A DNA stretch of 64,000 bases from Candidatus Spongiisociaceae bacterium (GCA_965219685.1 CBDCOH010000002.1:3520001-3584000), one strand, 5' to 3'. Positions 10,553-21,382 are shown, counted from the stretch's first letter. Notes: generated from the sequence alone by a model not told the origin. Translations and numbers: made by a program.

Positions 10553-11322
10553 TCACCATCAAGAACGAGCGGGAGTTCCGCAAGATGGCCGTGGCCGGGG
10601 CGTGCGTGGCGGCGGTTCACGAGGCGGTGGTCGAGGCGGCGGACGTCGGGGTCACCCTCCGGAGGCTGGACGGGATCGCGGCGGACGTTATCCGCTCTCG
10701 GGGTTGCACGCCGTCGTTTCTCAACTACCAGGGATTCCCCGCCCACATCTGCACGTCTCCCAACGAGGTCATCGTCCACGGGATCCCCGGCGACTACCGG
10801 CTGGCGCCCGGCGACATCCTCTCCATCGACGCCGGCGCGGTCTACGAGGGTTACCACGGCGACGCGGCCCTCACCATCGGCATCGGCGACCTCGACGAGG
10901 AGGCGCGCCGGCTCCTCGAGGTCACCCGCCGGGCCCTGTGGGAGGGGATCGACCAGGCCAGGGCCGGGGGCCGGGTCGGTGACATCGGTCACGCCGTGGA
11001 GCAGGCCGCCGCGCCCTACGGCTACGGAGTGGTCCGTGACTACGTGGGTCACGGGATCGGGCGGGCGATGCACGAGAGTCCGCAGATCCCCAACTACGGG
11101 GTGCCCGGGAAGGGCACCCGCCTGAAACGGGGCATGGCGGTCTGCATCGAGCCGATGTTCAATCTGGGTACCCACGAGACCCTCACCAAGGCCGACGGAT
11201 GGACGGTCGTGACCGCCGACGGGAAGCGGTCGGCGCACTTCGAACACACGGTGGCGCTGACCGCCGACGGACCGGTCGTGACCACCGTCAGCGACTTGCT
11301 AACCGCCAGGCCGCTGCGGTAG
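10549..11322 (+). CDS. map: methionine aminopeptidase type I
   Basis: NEVIVHGIP, GHGIG..MHE, IEPM, SAHFEHT. Confidence 0.98.
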   Translation: MITIKNEREFRKMAVAGACVAAVHEAVVEAADVGVTLRRLDGIAADVIRSRGCTPSFLNYQGFPAHICTSPNEVIVHGIPGDYRLAPGDILSIDAGAVYEGYHGDAALTIGIGDLDEEARRLLEVTRRALWEGIDQARAGGRVGDIGHAVEQAAAPYGYGVVRDYVGHGIGRAMHESPQIPNYGVPGKGTRLKRGMAVCIEPMFNLGTHETLTKADGWTVVTADGKRSAHFEHTVALTADGPVVTTVSDLLTARPLR

Positions 11323-11442
11323 CATGACGCGCCGGCCCGTCGGCCGGTTCTTTCTGCGTGCCCGCCTCCCGCCAGCGTCGGGGGGTCATGCAGGAACATC
11401 CTGGTCTCGACGCCAGACGTAAGCGACGCCCTAGGAGCATCG

Positions 11443-11556
11443 GTGAAGGTACGCCCCTCCGCCAAGAGAATGTGCGACAACTGCCAACTCATACGCCGCC
11501 GCCGGCGGGTATGGGTCGTGTGCACCAACCCCCGCCACAAGCAGCGGCAGGGCTGA
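11443..11556 (+). CDS. rpmJ: 50S ribosomal protein L36 (not in the ORF track)
   Basis: Manual translation [37 protein letters not shown]; AGGAG RBS. Confidence 0.97.
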   Translation: MKVRPSAKRMCDNCQLIRRRRRVWVVCTNPRHKQRQG

Positions 11557-11566
11557 GGAGGTAGAC

Positions 11567-11944
11567 GTGGCGCGCATCGCCGGAGTGGACCTCCCGAGGC
11601 AGAAACGGCTCGAGATCGGGCTGACCTACATCTACGGCATCGGCACCACCACGTCGCGCCGGATGTGCAGCGAGCTCCGTATCGATCCCGACGCCCGCGT
11701 GCACCAGCTCACCGATGAAGAGGTGAGCCGGATCCGCACCTACATCCAGTCGAACCTGAGGGTGGAGGGGGACCTGCGCCGGATCGTGGCGCAGAACATA
11801 AAGCGCAAGATGGAGATCGGCTGCTACCAGGGACTCCGCCACCGGCGGGGCCTCCCGGTGCGAGGGCAGCGAACCCATACCAACGCCCGCACCCGCAAGG
11901 GTCGGAGGATGGCGGTCGCGGGCAAGAAGAAGGTCAAGAAGTGA
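11567..11944 (+). CDS. rpsM: 30S ribosomal protein S13
   Basis: [27 protein letters not shown]. Confidence 0.99.
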   Translation: MARIAGVDLPRQKRLEIGLTYIYGIGTTTSRRMCSELRIDPDARVHQLTDEEVSRIRTYIQSNLRVEGDLRRIVAQNIKRKMEIGCYQGLRHRRGLPVRGQRTHTNARTRKGRRMAVAGKKKVKK

Positions 11945-11988
11945 CGGCGCCCCGGCTAAGCCCGGGATCCTGAGGTCCGGAGGAACGG

Positions 11989-12384
11989 TTGGCCAGGAAG
12001 CAACACCAGAAGCGTGTCCGGCGCCGCGAGCGCAAGAACATCTCGTTCGGGCAGGCCCACATCAAGGCCAGCTTCAACAACACAATCATCAACATCACCG
12101 ACGTGAACGGCAACAGCATCGTGTGGACGTCGGGAGGCTCCGTGGGATTCAAGGGTTCCCGGAAGTCGACCCCGTACGCGGCGCAGGTGGCGGCCGAGGA
12201 GGCCTCGCGCCGGGCCGGCGAGCACGGCATCCGCAAGCTCGAGGTGATCGTCAGCGGCAACGGAGCGGGCCGTGACACGGCCATCCGGACCCTGCAGAAC
12301 ATGGGTATCGAGGTGGCGAACATCAAGGATGTGACCCCGATCCCCCACAACGGCTGCCGGCCCAAGAAGCGCAGGAGGGGCTGA
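11989..12384 (+). CDS. rpsK: 30S ribosomal protein S11
   Basis: [29 protein letters not shown]. Confidence 0.99.
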   Translation: MARKQHQKRVRRRERKNISFGQAHIKASFNNTIINITDVNGNSIVWTSGGSVGFKGSRKSTPYAAQVAAEEASRRAGEHGIRKLEVIVSGNGAGRDTAIRTLQNMGIEVANIKDVTPIPHNGCRPKKRRRG

Positions 12385-12387
12385 CAG

Positions 12388-13005
12388 GTGGCACGGTATC
12401 TGGGACCCCGTACGAGAAAGAGTCGGCGCCTCGGGCAGTTGCTCGACGACAATAAGGCCAAGTACTACGACCGCCGGCCCTACCCGCCCGGCCAGCACGG
12501 CCGGCGCCGCGGCAGGAGGAGCAACGACTCCGACTACCTGCACCAGCTCCGTGAGAAGCAGAAGATCCGCCAGATCTACGGAGTCCTCGAGCGCCAGTTC
12601 CGCCGCTACTACAAGGAGGCCGCCCGCCGGCGCGGCATCACGGGCGACAACCTGCTGCAGATCCTCGAGTGCCGCCTCGACAACGTCGTGTACCGGTCCG
12701 GGCTCGCCCGGACCAGGCCGCAGGCCAGGCAACTGGTCAACCACGGGCACTTCCGGGTGAACGACCGGAAAGTCGACATCCCCTCGTACCGGGTACGGGC
12801 GGGAGACGTGGTCACGGTCAAGCCCCGCTCCAGGGACATCATCGTGATACGCCACGCGGTGGACACGTCCGGGGATCGCCGGACCCCCGAGTGGCTGGAG
12901 GTGGGTATCGACGAGCGCCAGATCCTGGTCCGCGACGTTCCGAAGCGGGAACAGATCGACACCGCGGTCCGGGAGCAGTTGGTAGTCGAGCTGTACTCCA
13001 GGTAG
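12388..13005 (+). CDS. rpsD: 30S ribosomal protein S4
   Basis: MARYLGP, PPGQHG, LECRLDNVVYR, VVELYSR. Confidence 0.98.
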   Translation: MARYLGPRTRKSRRLGQLLDDNKAKYYDRRPYPPGQHGRRRGRRSNDSDYLHQLREKQKIRQIYGVLERQFRRYYKEAARRRGITGDNLLQILECRLDNVVYRSGLARTRPQARQLVNHGHFRVNDRKVDIPSYRVRAGDVVTVKPRSRDIIVIRHAVDTSGDRRTPEWLEVGIDERQILVRDVPKREQIDTAVREQLVVELYSR

Positions 13006-13084
13006 AGCGGCCCCTCGAATCCACTAGTCCATGCACTCCGATCACTGACCAGCCAACGACGCGAAAAACCGAGAGGAAGACACC

Positions 13085-14038
13085 TTGCAAGCGTTGATCG
13101 TCCAGCGACCACAGATCGAGACCGAGCCGGCCGGCGACACCCGGGCCCGGTTCGTCATCGAGCCGCTCGAGCCGGGCTTCGGCTACACGCTAGGCAACAC
13201 CCTGCGGCGGACGCTGCTCTCCCGGATTCCGGGGGCGGCGGTTTCGTCCATCCGGATCGAGGGGATCTATCACGAGTTCACCACCGTTCCGGGGATCCAG
13301 GAGGATGTGGTCGACCTCATCCTGAACATCAAGGGTCTGGTGATCCGCATGGATGATCCGGAGCCTGCCACCTGCCGGCTGTCGGTCACGGGTCCCGGTG
13401 AAGTGACCGCGGCTTCCATCGCGGCCCCGAGCGGCGTGGAGATCGTCAACAAGGACCTGCATCTGGTCACCATGGCCGAGGGTTCCTCCCTCGAGATGGA
13501 GATGACCGTCGAGCAGGGCGTCGGTTACCGCAGCGCCGAGCGGAACAAGCGGAACGATGCGATCGGGACCGTACCTATCGACTCGGTCTTCTCGCCGGTG
13601 CGCAAGGTCTCCTACCGGGTGGAGAACACCCAGGTCGGTCAGATGACCAACTTCGACCGCCTCGTGGTGGACGTGGAGACGGACGGCTCGATCGAGCCGA
13701 GCGAGGCTCTGTCGTCGGCGGGCAAGACCCTGCGGGAGTTGCTGGGCCTGTTCGCGGACGTCGGCGAGGGCGTGGGCCTGGAGTTGGGTGAGGTCGCCTC
13801 CGACGATGCGGTCTCCCAGGACCTGGACCTGCCCATAGAGGCGCTGGATCTTTCCGAACGTCCGAGGAACTGCCTGAGACGTGCCCAGATCAACACGGTG
13901 GGGGACCTGGTGCTCAAGACGAGGGAGGACCTGTTGGATATCACCAACTTCGGGCAGAAGAGCCTGGAGGAGGTGGTCTCGAAGCTGGATGAGTTGGGAC
14001 TCGGCATCTCCGCGTCCCGAGACGGGGACGGCAACTGA
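13085..14038 (+). CDS. rpoA: RNA polymerase alpha subunit
   Basis: [30 protein letters not shown]; exact start uncertain. Confidence 0.98.
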   Translation: MQALIVQRPQIETEPAGDTRARFVIEPLEPGFGYTLGNTLRRTLLSRIPGAAVSSIRIEGIYHEFTTVPGIQEDVVDLILNIKGLVIRMDDPEPATCRLSVTGPGEVTAASIAAPSGVEIVNKDLHLVTMAEGSSLEMEMTVEQGVGYRSAERNKRNDAIGTVPIDSVFSPVRKVSYRVENTQVGQMTNFDRLVVDVETDGSIEPSEALSSAGKTLRELLGLFADVGEGVGLELGEVASDDAVSQDLDLPIEALDLSERPRNCLRRAQINTVGDLVLKTREDLLDITNFGQKSLEEVVSKLDELGLGISASRDGDGN

Positions 14039-14388
14039 TGCCCCGCCCGAGGAAGGGCAAGCGGCTGGGAGGCAGTCCCTCCCACCAGAAGGCCATCCTC
14101 TCCAACCTCGCCGAGGCGTTGATCTGGGACGAGCAGATAACCACCACCCTCACCAAGGCCAAGGTGTTGCGGCCCTACGTCGAGAAGATCATCACCAAGG
14201 CGCGCCGCGGGGATCTCCATTCGCGCCGCCTGGTGCTCAAGGACCTCCACGATCTGGAGGTCGTGACCAAGCTGTTCGACGAGATCGCCCCCCGCTACCG
14301 GAGGCGTCCCGGCGGCTACACCCGCATCGTCAAGATCGGACCCCGGCGCGGCGACCACGCCGAGATGGCGGTAATCGAACTGGTGTAG
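14038..14388 (+). CDS. rplQ: 50S ribosomal protein L17
   Basis: [18 protein letters not shown]...RRGD.AEMA.IELV. Confidence 0.99.
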   Translation: MPRPRKGKRLGGSPSHQKAILSNLAEALIWDEQITTTLTKAKVLRPYVEKIITKARRGDLHSRRLVLKDLHDLEVVTKLFDEIAPRYRRRPGGYTRIVKIGPRRGDHAEMAVIELV

Positions 14389-14466
14389 GTACGCGGCGGG
14401 TTGCCCGCCGCTCCGACACGGCATCGGGCTCCGAACCCGAGCGAGTCAAGGACCGGTGAAGTGAGT

Positions 14467-16206
14467 ATGGATCGTCCTCATACGTCGCGATCTTCCCCTC
14501 CGGTTCAAGGCTCTTCCAGACCTTTGCTGTCCCGGCTGGTCCTGTATATGGCCGCCCCGGCCATGCTCGTCGTATCGCCGCTGACGGGATTGGCCTTCCA
14601 TTCTGATCAACGTATAGCGATCTACGAGTTTGCGGTTCGTTTGGGCGCCAACCCCTTCCGGATCATCAGGGAGAACATCGCGGAGATAGGCGACTTCATT
14701 CAGAAGGGCAACTTCCGGCCTGCAGGCCGTTTTGTCTTCTATCTGGAGGAGTCGGCTCGGTTCGAGGTAGCGATGGCCCTCGGGATCCCTCCGCACGTCG
14801 TACAGGGCTTCTTGCGCATGTTGATGGTTGGTCTACTCGCATGGGCGGGTACCAGCCTCGTGCTACTACTCCACAGGTCGGTCCAGCACAACGCGCCGGT
14901 CGAAGGCGAAGCAGGTTCCGGCTCCGCAGGCGGTCGAGAGCAGGAACCGCCGAGAAGCCCGGCCCTGCTGTCGGTGTTCCCGCTGTTGCTGGCCGGCACC
15001 TTGATAGTTATGCAACCACTCCATCCGATCTCCTCCTTCCCGGTGTTCCTGATCGGAATGGCGACCGTCGTCCTGCTGGTACCTCTCTATTTCGCCTCGG
15101 ACAGGGCGATGTCCGGCCGAGGAATCACCGCGGGTTCCTTCATCGTGTCCGCGCTGCTGGGTTCGCTCTCAGCGATGACCTACGAACTCCTGTACCTTCT
15201 CCCGCTGGTCATCGTCACGATGATCTATCTGCGCGCCAACCTGGCCCGTCGTTCGATACGCGACGTCCTCTCGTCTGCCGCGAGTTACAGGTTCCTTGTG
15301 TTTCTCGGGTCGTTTCTGCTGGTCTTCATCCCGAGCAGGCTCGCCATCGCGAGAGCCTGCGCGGCGAATGAGTGCTTCGGCAACACCGAGGTGGTCATAT
15401 CCGATCTGTCGGTTGGCCAGTGGCTGGGTCGCGCCTTGTCGGGGTTCCCTCTGATCGAGTGGGTTTCCGTTCTGAGTAGCGAGAGCACGCGAGGGATCCA
15501 TCCCGTCGGGTTCAGAGACATCGTGGGGAACGTCTGGCTGGCGATCGCGGCCATAGCAATCATTCTGCTGGCGGTGCGGGCCTCCAAGCAGTTCGTCGGC
15601 GAGTTGGGCCGGCCCGCCACAACCGCGCCCTACCGGGACCTGGGCATCTCACTCGTGGGCCTGGGCACCGTGCTGGCCCTGGCGGTGACACTCATGGTCA
15701 GTGCGTCAGAAAGCCTGCAAGGCTGGAACGATCAGGGACAAGGCCTCCATCAGTGGCGAGACACACTCCTCGTCCAGGTCGGTTGGGCATTCATCCTGTA
15801 TGGAGCGCTTGTCCTGGTGGTTTCGGCGCGTGCTGCGCCGGACCGTTCGCGAAGGCGGGCCCCGAGGTTGCCCAGGTCGTTCGCCACGGTGGCATTAGCG
15901 GTCGCCTTCACCATGATGCTGGTCCTCACCTTGTCGGCCAACGACCGGTACGCCAAGGCACAGCGGACGAGAGCGGACGCCAACCTCGTCAACCTCATGT
16001 CGGCTGCCAGCATCGAGTTCGAGCGTACGGAGGAGGGAAGCGAGCGGCGTTGCCGGCTCATCGCCGATTACGCCCCGCTGGCCTGCGAAGGTTGCCGGCA
16101 CAGCGGGCGACGGCTCCTGGAGCAACTCAACAACCTGTCGTTGTCCAGGTACGGTTCGGCGTTCTGCCCCGTGCCGTTCGAGGAGCTCCAAGCCGATCGC
16201 GGGTAG
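14467..16206 (+). CDS. polytopic membrane protein, possibly GT-C-fold glycosyltransferase-like
   Basis: About 11-12 hydrophobic segments; acidic residue after TM1 (HSDQ), GNFRP motif and YE motif reminiscent of GT-C proteins; Cys-containing C-terminal tail. Confidence 0.55.
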   Translation: MDRPHTSRSSPPVQGSSRPLLSRLVLYMAAPAMLVVSPLTGLAFHSDQRIAIYEFAVRLGANPFRIIRENIAEIGDFIQKGNFRPAGRFVFYLEESARFEVAMALGIPPHVVQGFLRMLMVGLLAWAGTSLVLLLHRSVQHNAPVEGEAGSGSAGGREQEPPRSPALLSVFPLLLAGTLIVMQPLHPISSFPVFLIGMATVVLLVPLYFASDRAMSGRGITAGSFIVSALLGSLSAMTYELLYLLPLVIVTMIYLRANLARRSIRDVLSSAASYRFLVFLGSFLLVFIPSRLAIARACAANECFGNTEVVISDLSVGQWLGRALSGFPLIEWVSVLSSESTRGIHPVGFRDIVGNVWLAIAAIAIILLAVRASKQFVGELGRPATTAPYRDLGISLVGLGTVLALAVTLMVSASESLQGWNDQGQGLHQWRDTLLVQVGWAFILYGALVLVVSARAAPDRSRRRAPRLPRSFATVALAVAFTMMLVLTLSANDRYAKAQRTRADANLVNLMSAASIEFERTEEGSERRCRLIADYAPLACEGCRHSGRRLLEQLNNLSLSRYGSAFCPVPFEELQADRG

Positions 16207-16289
16207 CGGGTAGCGGGTAGCGGGCGGCGGGCCCGCGATGCGCCCGGCCCCGCCACCGGAAGCGGCCGAAGGACCGGGGGCTGGTAGCC

Positions 16290-16808
16290 TTGCTCCTACC
16301 CGCATCTCCCGGAGCTTCGAGGGTACCCGTGCTTCATCAGATGGTCCGCGCCGGGCGGCTTGAGCCGTCCTTCTACACGTCACTGCTCTACGACGGCTAC
16401 GCCACCGGCAATGCGGTCCTGATCGTCGCCGTGGTCGGGTTCATCCGCGGCCTGCGGAACCTGTCGTTGCTGGACGCGGCGTTCGCCGCGGTGTCGGGCG
16501 TCGTGCAGGCCGGGATCGTTGCGCTGGCGGTGTGGGCGGCGGGGGTCTACCTGTTCCGGCGCTACGGCCAGATCCCCGTCTCGTTCCGTCTGGTCGGCTT
16601 CGCCAACGTCGCCCTTATCCCTTTCGCGGTCGGCGTCTGGTTCGCGGCCCGGTCGATACAGATTCTGCTGGTGGTGGTATCCGCCGTATGGTTCTTCTTC
16701 GCGGTGCGGGTGATCGCCCGCTCCCAGTTCGATCTGGAGCATCCCGAGGACAGTTTCGTCGCGGGTGCCGGGGTGCTGGCCTGGTATGTCGCGTCGATCC
16801 TGTTCTGA
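16290..16808 (+). CDS. small membrane protein (Yip1-like, about 5 TM)
   Basis: Hydrophobic helices, FRLVGFAN.ALIP motif; start uncertain. Confidence 0.6.
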   Translation: MLLPASPGASRVPVLHQMVRAGRLEPSFYTSLLYDGYATGNAVLIVAVVGFIRGLRNLSLLDAAFAAVSGVVQAGIVALAVWAAGVYLFRRYGQIPVSFRLVGFANVALIPFAVGVWFAARSIQILLVVVSAVWFFFAVRVIARSQFDLEHPEDSFVAGAGVLAWYVASILF

Positions 16809-16941
16809 GCGACCCGGACCGCCGGGCCGCGCCGTCGAGGCCGCGGGTCGACCCCCCGGATGCGGCCGGGACACCCACCCGTCCGGCAGCTCGCCGCGTT
16901 CCCCCCTGCCGCACGGCTGATCGGCGGGAACGGCCTGAACA

Positions 16942-17673
16942 GTGGCTATCTACCGTATCGACCTTTCCTACGACGGCTCCGGCTTCCACGGCTATGCCCG
17001 CCAGCGCGACGTCCGGACTGTCCAGGGAGAGCTTGAAGCGGCGCTCGCCCGCATCCTCGGGCCCACCACCACGGAGGTGGCCGGGCGCACCGACGCCGGT
17101 GTCCACGCGCGCCGTCAGGTCGTCTCCTTCTCCACGGACTCCCCGGTCGACTGCGACCGTCTCGCCCGGTCCCTGACCGGACTGCTCGCCCCCGAGATCG
17201 TCGCCCTCGGCTGCGAGCGGGCGCCCGACGGGTTCTCGGCCCGCTTCAGCGCCCTCCGCAGGACCTACCGGTACGACATTCTCAACCGGCCGTATCCCGA
17301 TCCCCTCCGCCGTGCCGTCGTCTGGCATGTCAAGCATCCGCTCGACGTGGCCGCCATGAACCGGGCGGTCACTCACCTGGTGGGCGAGCATGACTTCGCC
17401 TCCTTCTGCCGGAGGGCGGAGGGCGGCTCGACGGTCCGGACGGTTCTCACGGCCGCCTGGACGAGGGCTCCCGACGATCTGGTGCGGCTGGAGATCGTCG
17501 GCACGGCGTTCTGCCACCAGATGGTGAGATCCATCGTCGCCTTCTGCGCGGAGGTGGGAAGGGGTCGCCTGGCGCCGGAGGACACCCCGCGGGTGCTGGA
17601 AGCCCGCGACCGCAGTGCTGCGAGAGGCGCGGCGCCCCCTCACGGCCTGATCCTTTGGGGAGTAGGTTATTGA
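16942..17673 (+). CDS. truA: tRNA pseudouridine(38-40) synthase
   Basis: YDGSGFHG, AGRTDAGVHA, FCHQMVRSIV. Confidence 0.98.
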   Translation: MAIYRIDLSYDGSGFHGYARQRDVRTVQGELEAALARILGPTTTEVAGRTDAGVHARRQVVSFSTDSPVDCDRLARSLTGLLAPEIVALGCERAPDGFSARFSALRRTYRYDILNRPYPDPLRRAVVWHVKHPLDVAAMNRAVTHLVGEHDFASFCRRAEGGSTVRTVLTAAWTRAPDDLVRLEIVGTAFCHQMVRSIVAFCAEVGRGRLAPEDTPRVLEARDRSAARGAAPPHGLILWGVGY

Positions 17674-17893
17674 GTCGGTGGTCGGTGGCCGGCCTGCCTA
17701 GCACGCGACGCCCGACACCTGGTGCCTGGCACCCCATCTGGCGCCTGACCGGGAGGTCCGCTAGACTGCGGTTTCCCCGATCCCGGCTTGCATGCCGCGT
17801 TCAGGTGGCGGTCCCGATCCAGCGCCGAGCCTCCGGTTCGCCTACGCGCTCCGGGGCCTGCCGGGCCGTCCGACCGATAGATCGAGCGAGACC

Positions 17894-18352
17894 GTGAAGA
17901 GACTCAAGACATATGCGCCCAAGCCGGCCGACGTCGAGCGCGGCTGGTTCGTAGTCGATGCGGCCGACCTGCCGCTGGGACGCCTGGCCTCCAACCTCGC
18001 TCCGATCCTCTCCGGCAAGCGCAAGCCCGGATACGCGCCCCACGTGGACGGCGGCGACTTCGTGATCGTCGTCAACGCCGAGAAGGTCGCGGTCACCTCC
18101 AACAAGAGCCGGGACAAGATCTACTACCGGCACTCCGGCTACCCGGGAGGGCTGAGGGAGGAGTCGTTCGAGAACCTCATCAGCCGCCGCCCCGAAGCCG
18201 TGATAGAGCGGGCGGTGCGGGGCATGCTTCCCAAGACGAAGCTGGGTAGGAGGATGATCCGCAAGCTGAAGGTATACGCGGGGCCTGACCATCCCCATGG
18301 CGCCCAGTCGCCCGTACCCCTCGAACTCGGTCTTCGAAAGGTGGAATCCTGA
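17894..18352 (+). CDS. rplM: 50S ribosomal protein L13
   Basis: [31 protein letters not shown]. Confidence 0.98.
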   Translation: MKRLKTYAPKPADVERGWFVVDAADLPLGRLASNLAPILSGKRKPGYAPHVDGGDFVIVVNAEKVAVTSNKSRDKIYYRHSGYPGGLREESFENLISRRPEAVIERAVRGMLPKTKLGRRMIRKLKVYAGPDHPHGAQSPVPLELGLRKVES

Positions 18353-18744
18353 TGGCTGAGGCCCTCACCCAGGCTACGGGCCGCCGCAAGCGGTCGGTCG
18401 CACAGGTCCGACTCTTCAACGGCGCCGGAGCGATCACCCTCAACGAGCGACCCCTGGAGCGCTACTTCCCGACGATGGCCCGCCGCATGAGGGTGCTGGA
18501 GCCGTTGCGTGTCGCCAACGTCGAAGGCCGCTACGACATCGTCGCCAAGCTGCACGGAGGCGGCGTCAACGGTCAGGCCGACGCTCTCCGGCTCGGCATC
18601 GCCCGAGCGCTGGTCGCTCTCGATCCCAGCCTGCGCACGGACCTGAAGAGGGCCGGGCTCCTGAGGAGGGACGCCCGGGTCGTCGAGCGCAAGAAGTACG
18701 GTCTTCGCAAGGCCCGGCGGGCGCCCCAGTTCACCAAGCGTTAG
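18352..18744 (+). CDS. rpsI: 30S ribosomal protein S9
   Basis: TGRRKRSVAQV, ERKKYGLRKARRAPQFTKR. Confidence 0.99.
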   Translation: MAEALTQATGRRKRSVAQVRLFNGAGAITLNERPLERYFPTMARRMRVLEPLRVANVEGRYDIVAKLHGGGVNGQADALRLGIARALVALDPSLRTDLKRAGLLRRDARVVERKKYGLRKARRAPQFTKR

Positions 18745-18820
18745 TGGCCTTCCAGCCGGACGACCTGCCACACCACGAGGGCGCCTTCCGCAGCGCCGTT
18801 CCCCTGACAGGGGGCTAGGC

Positions 18821-20161
18821 GTGGCTCCCGCTCCCGGCGCCGCAGATCGCCGCCTGTTCGGCACCGACGGTGTCCGGGGGGTCGCCAACATCGATCTCGA
18901 CGTGCCGCTCGTCTTCGACCTGGCCCGGGCCGCCGGCGAACTCATCGGAGGCGGGGCGGTGGTCGTCGGCCGCGACACCCGCCGCTCTGGCGACATGCTG
19001 GCGGCCGGACTGCAGGCGGGGTTCCACTCCGTAGGGGTCGACACCCTCGACGCCGGGATCATCCCGGTGGGCGGGGTGTCGTTCCTGATCCCCGAACTGG
19101 GCGCCCGCCTCGGGGTCATGGTGTCCGCCTCCCACAACCCCGCCCCGGACAACGGGGTGAAGTTCTTCGACGCCACGGGAGCCAAGCTGGACGACGGGCG
19201 GGAGGCCGAGATCGAGGCACGTCTCCGGCAGGGCGAGCCTTGGAAGACCCCGACAGGCGCAGGGGTGGGGGCGGCCCGTGCGATCCTCGACGCCACGGAC
19301 CGCTACCTGGCGGCAATCAGGCAGGATGCCGGCAGCTCTCTGGAGGGGCTCCGGCTGGCGCTCGACTGCGCCAACGGGGCCGCGTCCAGGGCTGCTCCGG
19401 AGCTGTTCGCCTCCCTGGGCGCGGACGTGGTCTCCCACTTCGCCTCGCCGGACGGCCTCAACATCAACGAGGCATGCGGCGCCACCACCCCCGGGTACCT
19501 GGCCGAGGTCGCCGACGGACGGCTCGGACTGTCGTTCGACGGCGACGCCGATCGCCTCATGGTGGTCGACGAGGACGGCCGGGTCGCCAACGGGGACGTG
19601 ATCCTCGCCGTCATCGCCCGGCACCTGAAGGAATGTGGGGAACTCCCCGGCAACCGGGTCGTGGCCACGGTCATGTCCAACCTGGGTTTCCGCATGGCCA
19701 TGCACGAAGCCGGTATCGAACTGGCCGAGACACGGGTGGGCGATCGCTACGTCATGGAGGCGATGCTGGCGGAGGGCGCCGTCCTGGGCGGCGAGCAGTC
19801 GGGTCACGTGATCCAACTCGACAGGGGCCGGACCGGGGACGGGCTCCGGACCGCGGTGCGCCTGCTCGATGTCATTACGGCCACCGGACGTACGCTGGCC
19901 GACCTGCGCAGCGAGGCGCTGGTCGAGTTCCCCCAGGTGCTCGAGAACGTGCGGGTCCGTTCCAAGGATCTGGAGGGGGCGGACCGGGTCTGGGAGGCGG
20001 TCCGCGCCGCCGAACGCGAACTGGGCGACGAGGGCCGTGTCCTGGTCCGGGCCTCCGGCACCGAGCCGGTCGTCCGCGTGATGGTCGAGGCCCCCACCAT
20101 GGCGTCGGCTCGCCGTGTAACCCACCGGCTCGTGGAGGTGATTGCCGCCGAACTCTCCTGA
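18821..20161 (+). CDS. glmM: phosphoglucosamine mutase
   Basis: FGTDGVRG, SASHNP, FDGDADR, GGEQSGH, RASGTEP. Confidence 0.97.
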   Translation: MAPAPGAADRRLFGTDGVRGVANIDLDVPLVFDLARAAGELIGGGAVVVGRDTRRSGDMLAAGLQAGFHSVGVDTLDAGIIPVGGVSFLIPELGARLGVMVSASHNPAPDNGVKFFDATGAKLDDGREAEIEARLRQGEPWKTPTGAGVGAARAILDATDRYLAAIRQDAGSSLEGLRLALDCANGAASRAAPELFASLGADVVSHFASPDGLNINEACGATTPGYLAEVADGRLGLSFDGDADRLMVVDEDGRVANGDVILAVIARHLKECGELPGNRVVATVMSNLGFRMAMHEAGIELAETRVGDRYVMEAMLAEGAVLGGEQSGHVIQLDRGRTGDGLRTAVRLLDVITATGRTLADLRSEALVEFPQVLENVRVRSKDLEGADRVWEAVRAAERELGDEGRVLVRASGTEPVVRVMVEAPTMASARRVTHRLVEVIAAELS

Positions 20162-20229
20162 ACCACGAGGGAACTTCAGCGCTTTGTCATGGCAGGGCGG
20201 TAAGATGAACTTGAGGCTGTAAGTTGCTT

Positions 20230-20345
20230 CGGGTCACCGAGGTGCATCGGTCCAACCATCGCCAGGGTCGAATCCCGCTCGCAGGGGTCGACCCTGGTTG
20301 ACGTCTGGCATGTCTACGGCCAAAGCATCCGCCAGGTACGGCGCT
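20230..20345. ncRNA. candidate structured RNA/hairpin cluster at the 3' end of the DUF3800 gene
   Basis: 10-bp perfect stem CCAGGGTCGA/TCGACCCTGG (20262-20297), ACCGA/TCGGT hairpin (20236-20251), and a stem spanning the stop codon. Confidence 0.4.
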
Positions 20346-21063
20346 GGTACTTGACGTGGTCATCGAATAGTTTCCTCACAGCGGTGTCCGATCGTGGATC
20401 GCTCGGGCGGTGTCGGATACGTAGGCGCCGATTGAGGATGAACGCGACGAGATCGGCTAGCTGGATTCCTCTGTTTCGGTCCGATCGATCGAAGTAGACA
20501 TTGTCGACTACGTGGTCGAGCGGGATGTTGATCCCACTAGGCGCACCGATCCGCCCACCAAAGGCCTGCATCTCACTAATCAGATCCAGGGAGAACTGCT
20601 CCTGTTCCTGGTTCTCATCCGCTACCAGGAGCGCCCGCTGGCTAAGGCAGTTTTCTTGTTAACCTAGCCACTGCTCCAGCTTCTCTGTGAGAAACTGAAG
20701 GGCGAAACCATGGGGGTTCGGACTGTCGTAACCACGCGCAGCAAGTCCTTGCTTGTTGATGGATGCGTAGGCGACGCCCGCATCGACATGTCCCAAGACA
20801 GAGAGAGCCCTGGAGTACTGATCGATCCGTTGCCGAGGCGTAATCCCCTCCCATACGCCTGAACCACCGAAGAGTTCTTGACCGTGGTACTCGGTCAGTT
20901 TCTCTCTGGTAGGGGCTCTCGCAGCGAGATCGTCGAGTCGCTGGGACATCTCCTGGATACGATCCTCGCGAACCATCACAGCGACGAGTACGTGAAAGGG
21001 CTGGTCGGGATCACCGAGTTGACGGCCCGTGTTCCCCGACTCGTCGAGATAGCAGATGATCAT
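20314..21063 (-). pseudogene. DUF3800-family (RNase H-like) gene interrupted by one in-frame TAA at 20659-20661
   Basis: N-terminal YLDESG and C-terminal IQLADLVAF motifs; ORFs 20659..21063 and 20314..20571 are in the same frame and open across the gap except for the TAA. Confidence 0.8.
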
Positions 21064-21225
21064 CCGATCCTGCTCCTGCTGCTAGATTCCGTTGTGTACA
21101 TACTAATGACACAGGGCATAGATTGTTAACACTAGTCACTCTGTGAGTAGACGAGCGACGAACGGATTTGCCGCGGCCTTGCCGTTCCTTGCCGCCTAGA
21201 CTGGGCCTGACAACCGGATCGGGAG

Positions 21226-21382
21226 ATCTTTGAAGCGCCTGGCCCCGACCCTGGTCGGGGTGACGAGGAAGAGGGATTATCGAAACTTTCGGCGGATGCC
21301 CTCTCGGCTGTCCACGGTCGTGACGGTTCGGGTCAAAAGCCCCGGGTGACCGGGGTGACAGAGCCCGGATCGACGTGGAGTC
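21226..21382 (+). ncRNA. glmS ribozyme (GlcN6P-activated self-cleaving riboswitch)
   Basis: AAGCGCCTGG-P1(CCCCGACC/GGTCGGGG)-TGACGAGG...TTATCGAA.CTTTCGGCGGATG core and a P4-like AAA.GCCCCGG..CCGGGGTGACA, directly upstream of glmS; cleavage expected at A21234/G21235. Confidence 0.9.

Noticed and set aside
20659-20661. Programmed readthrough or recoding of the DUF3800 stop
   Set aside because: The codon is TAA (not Sec TGA or Pyl TAG) and TAA ends other genes here; a simple nonsense mutation or error is more likely
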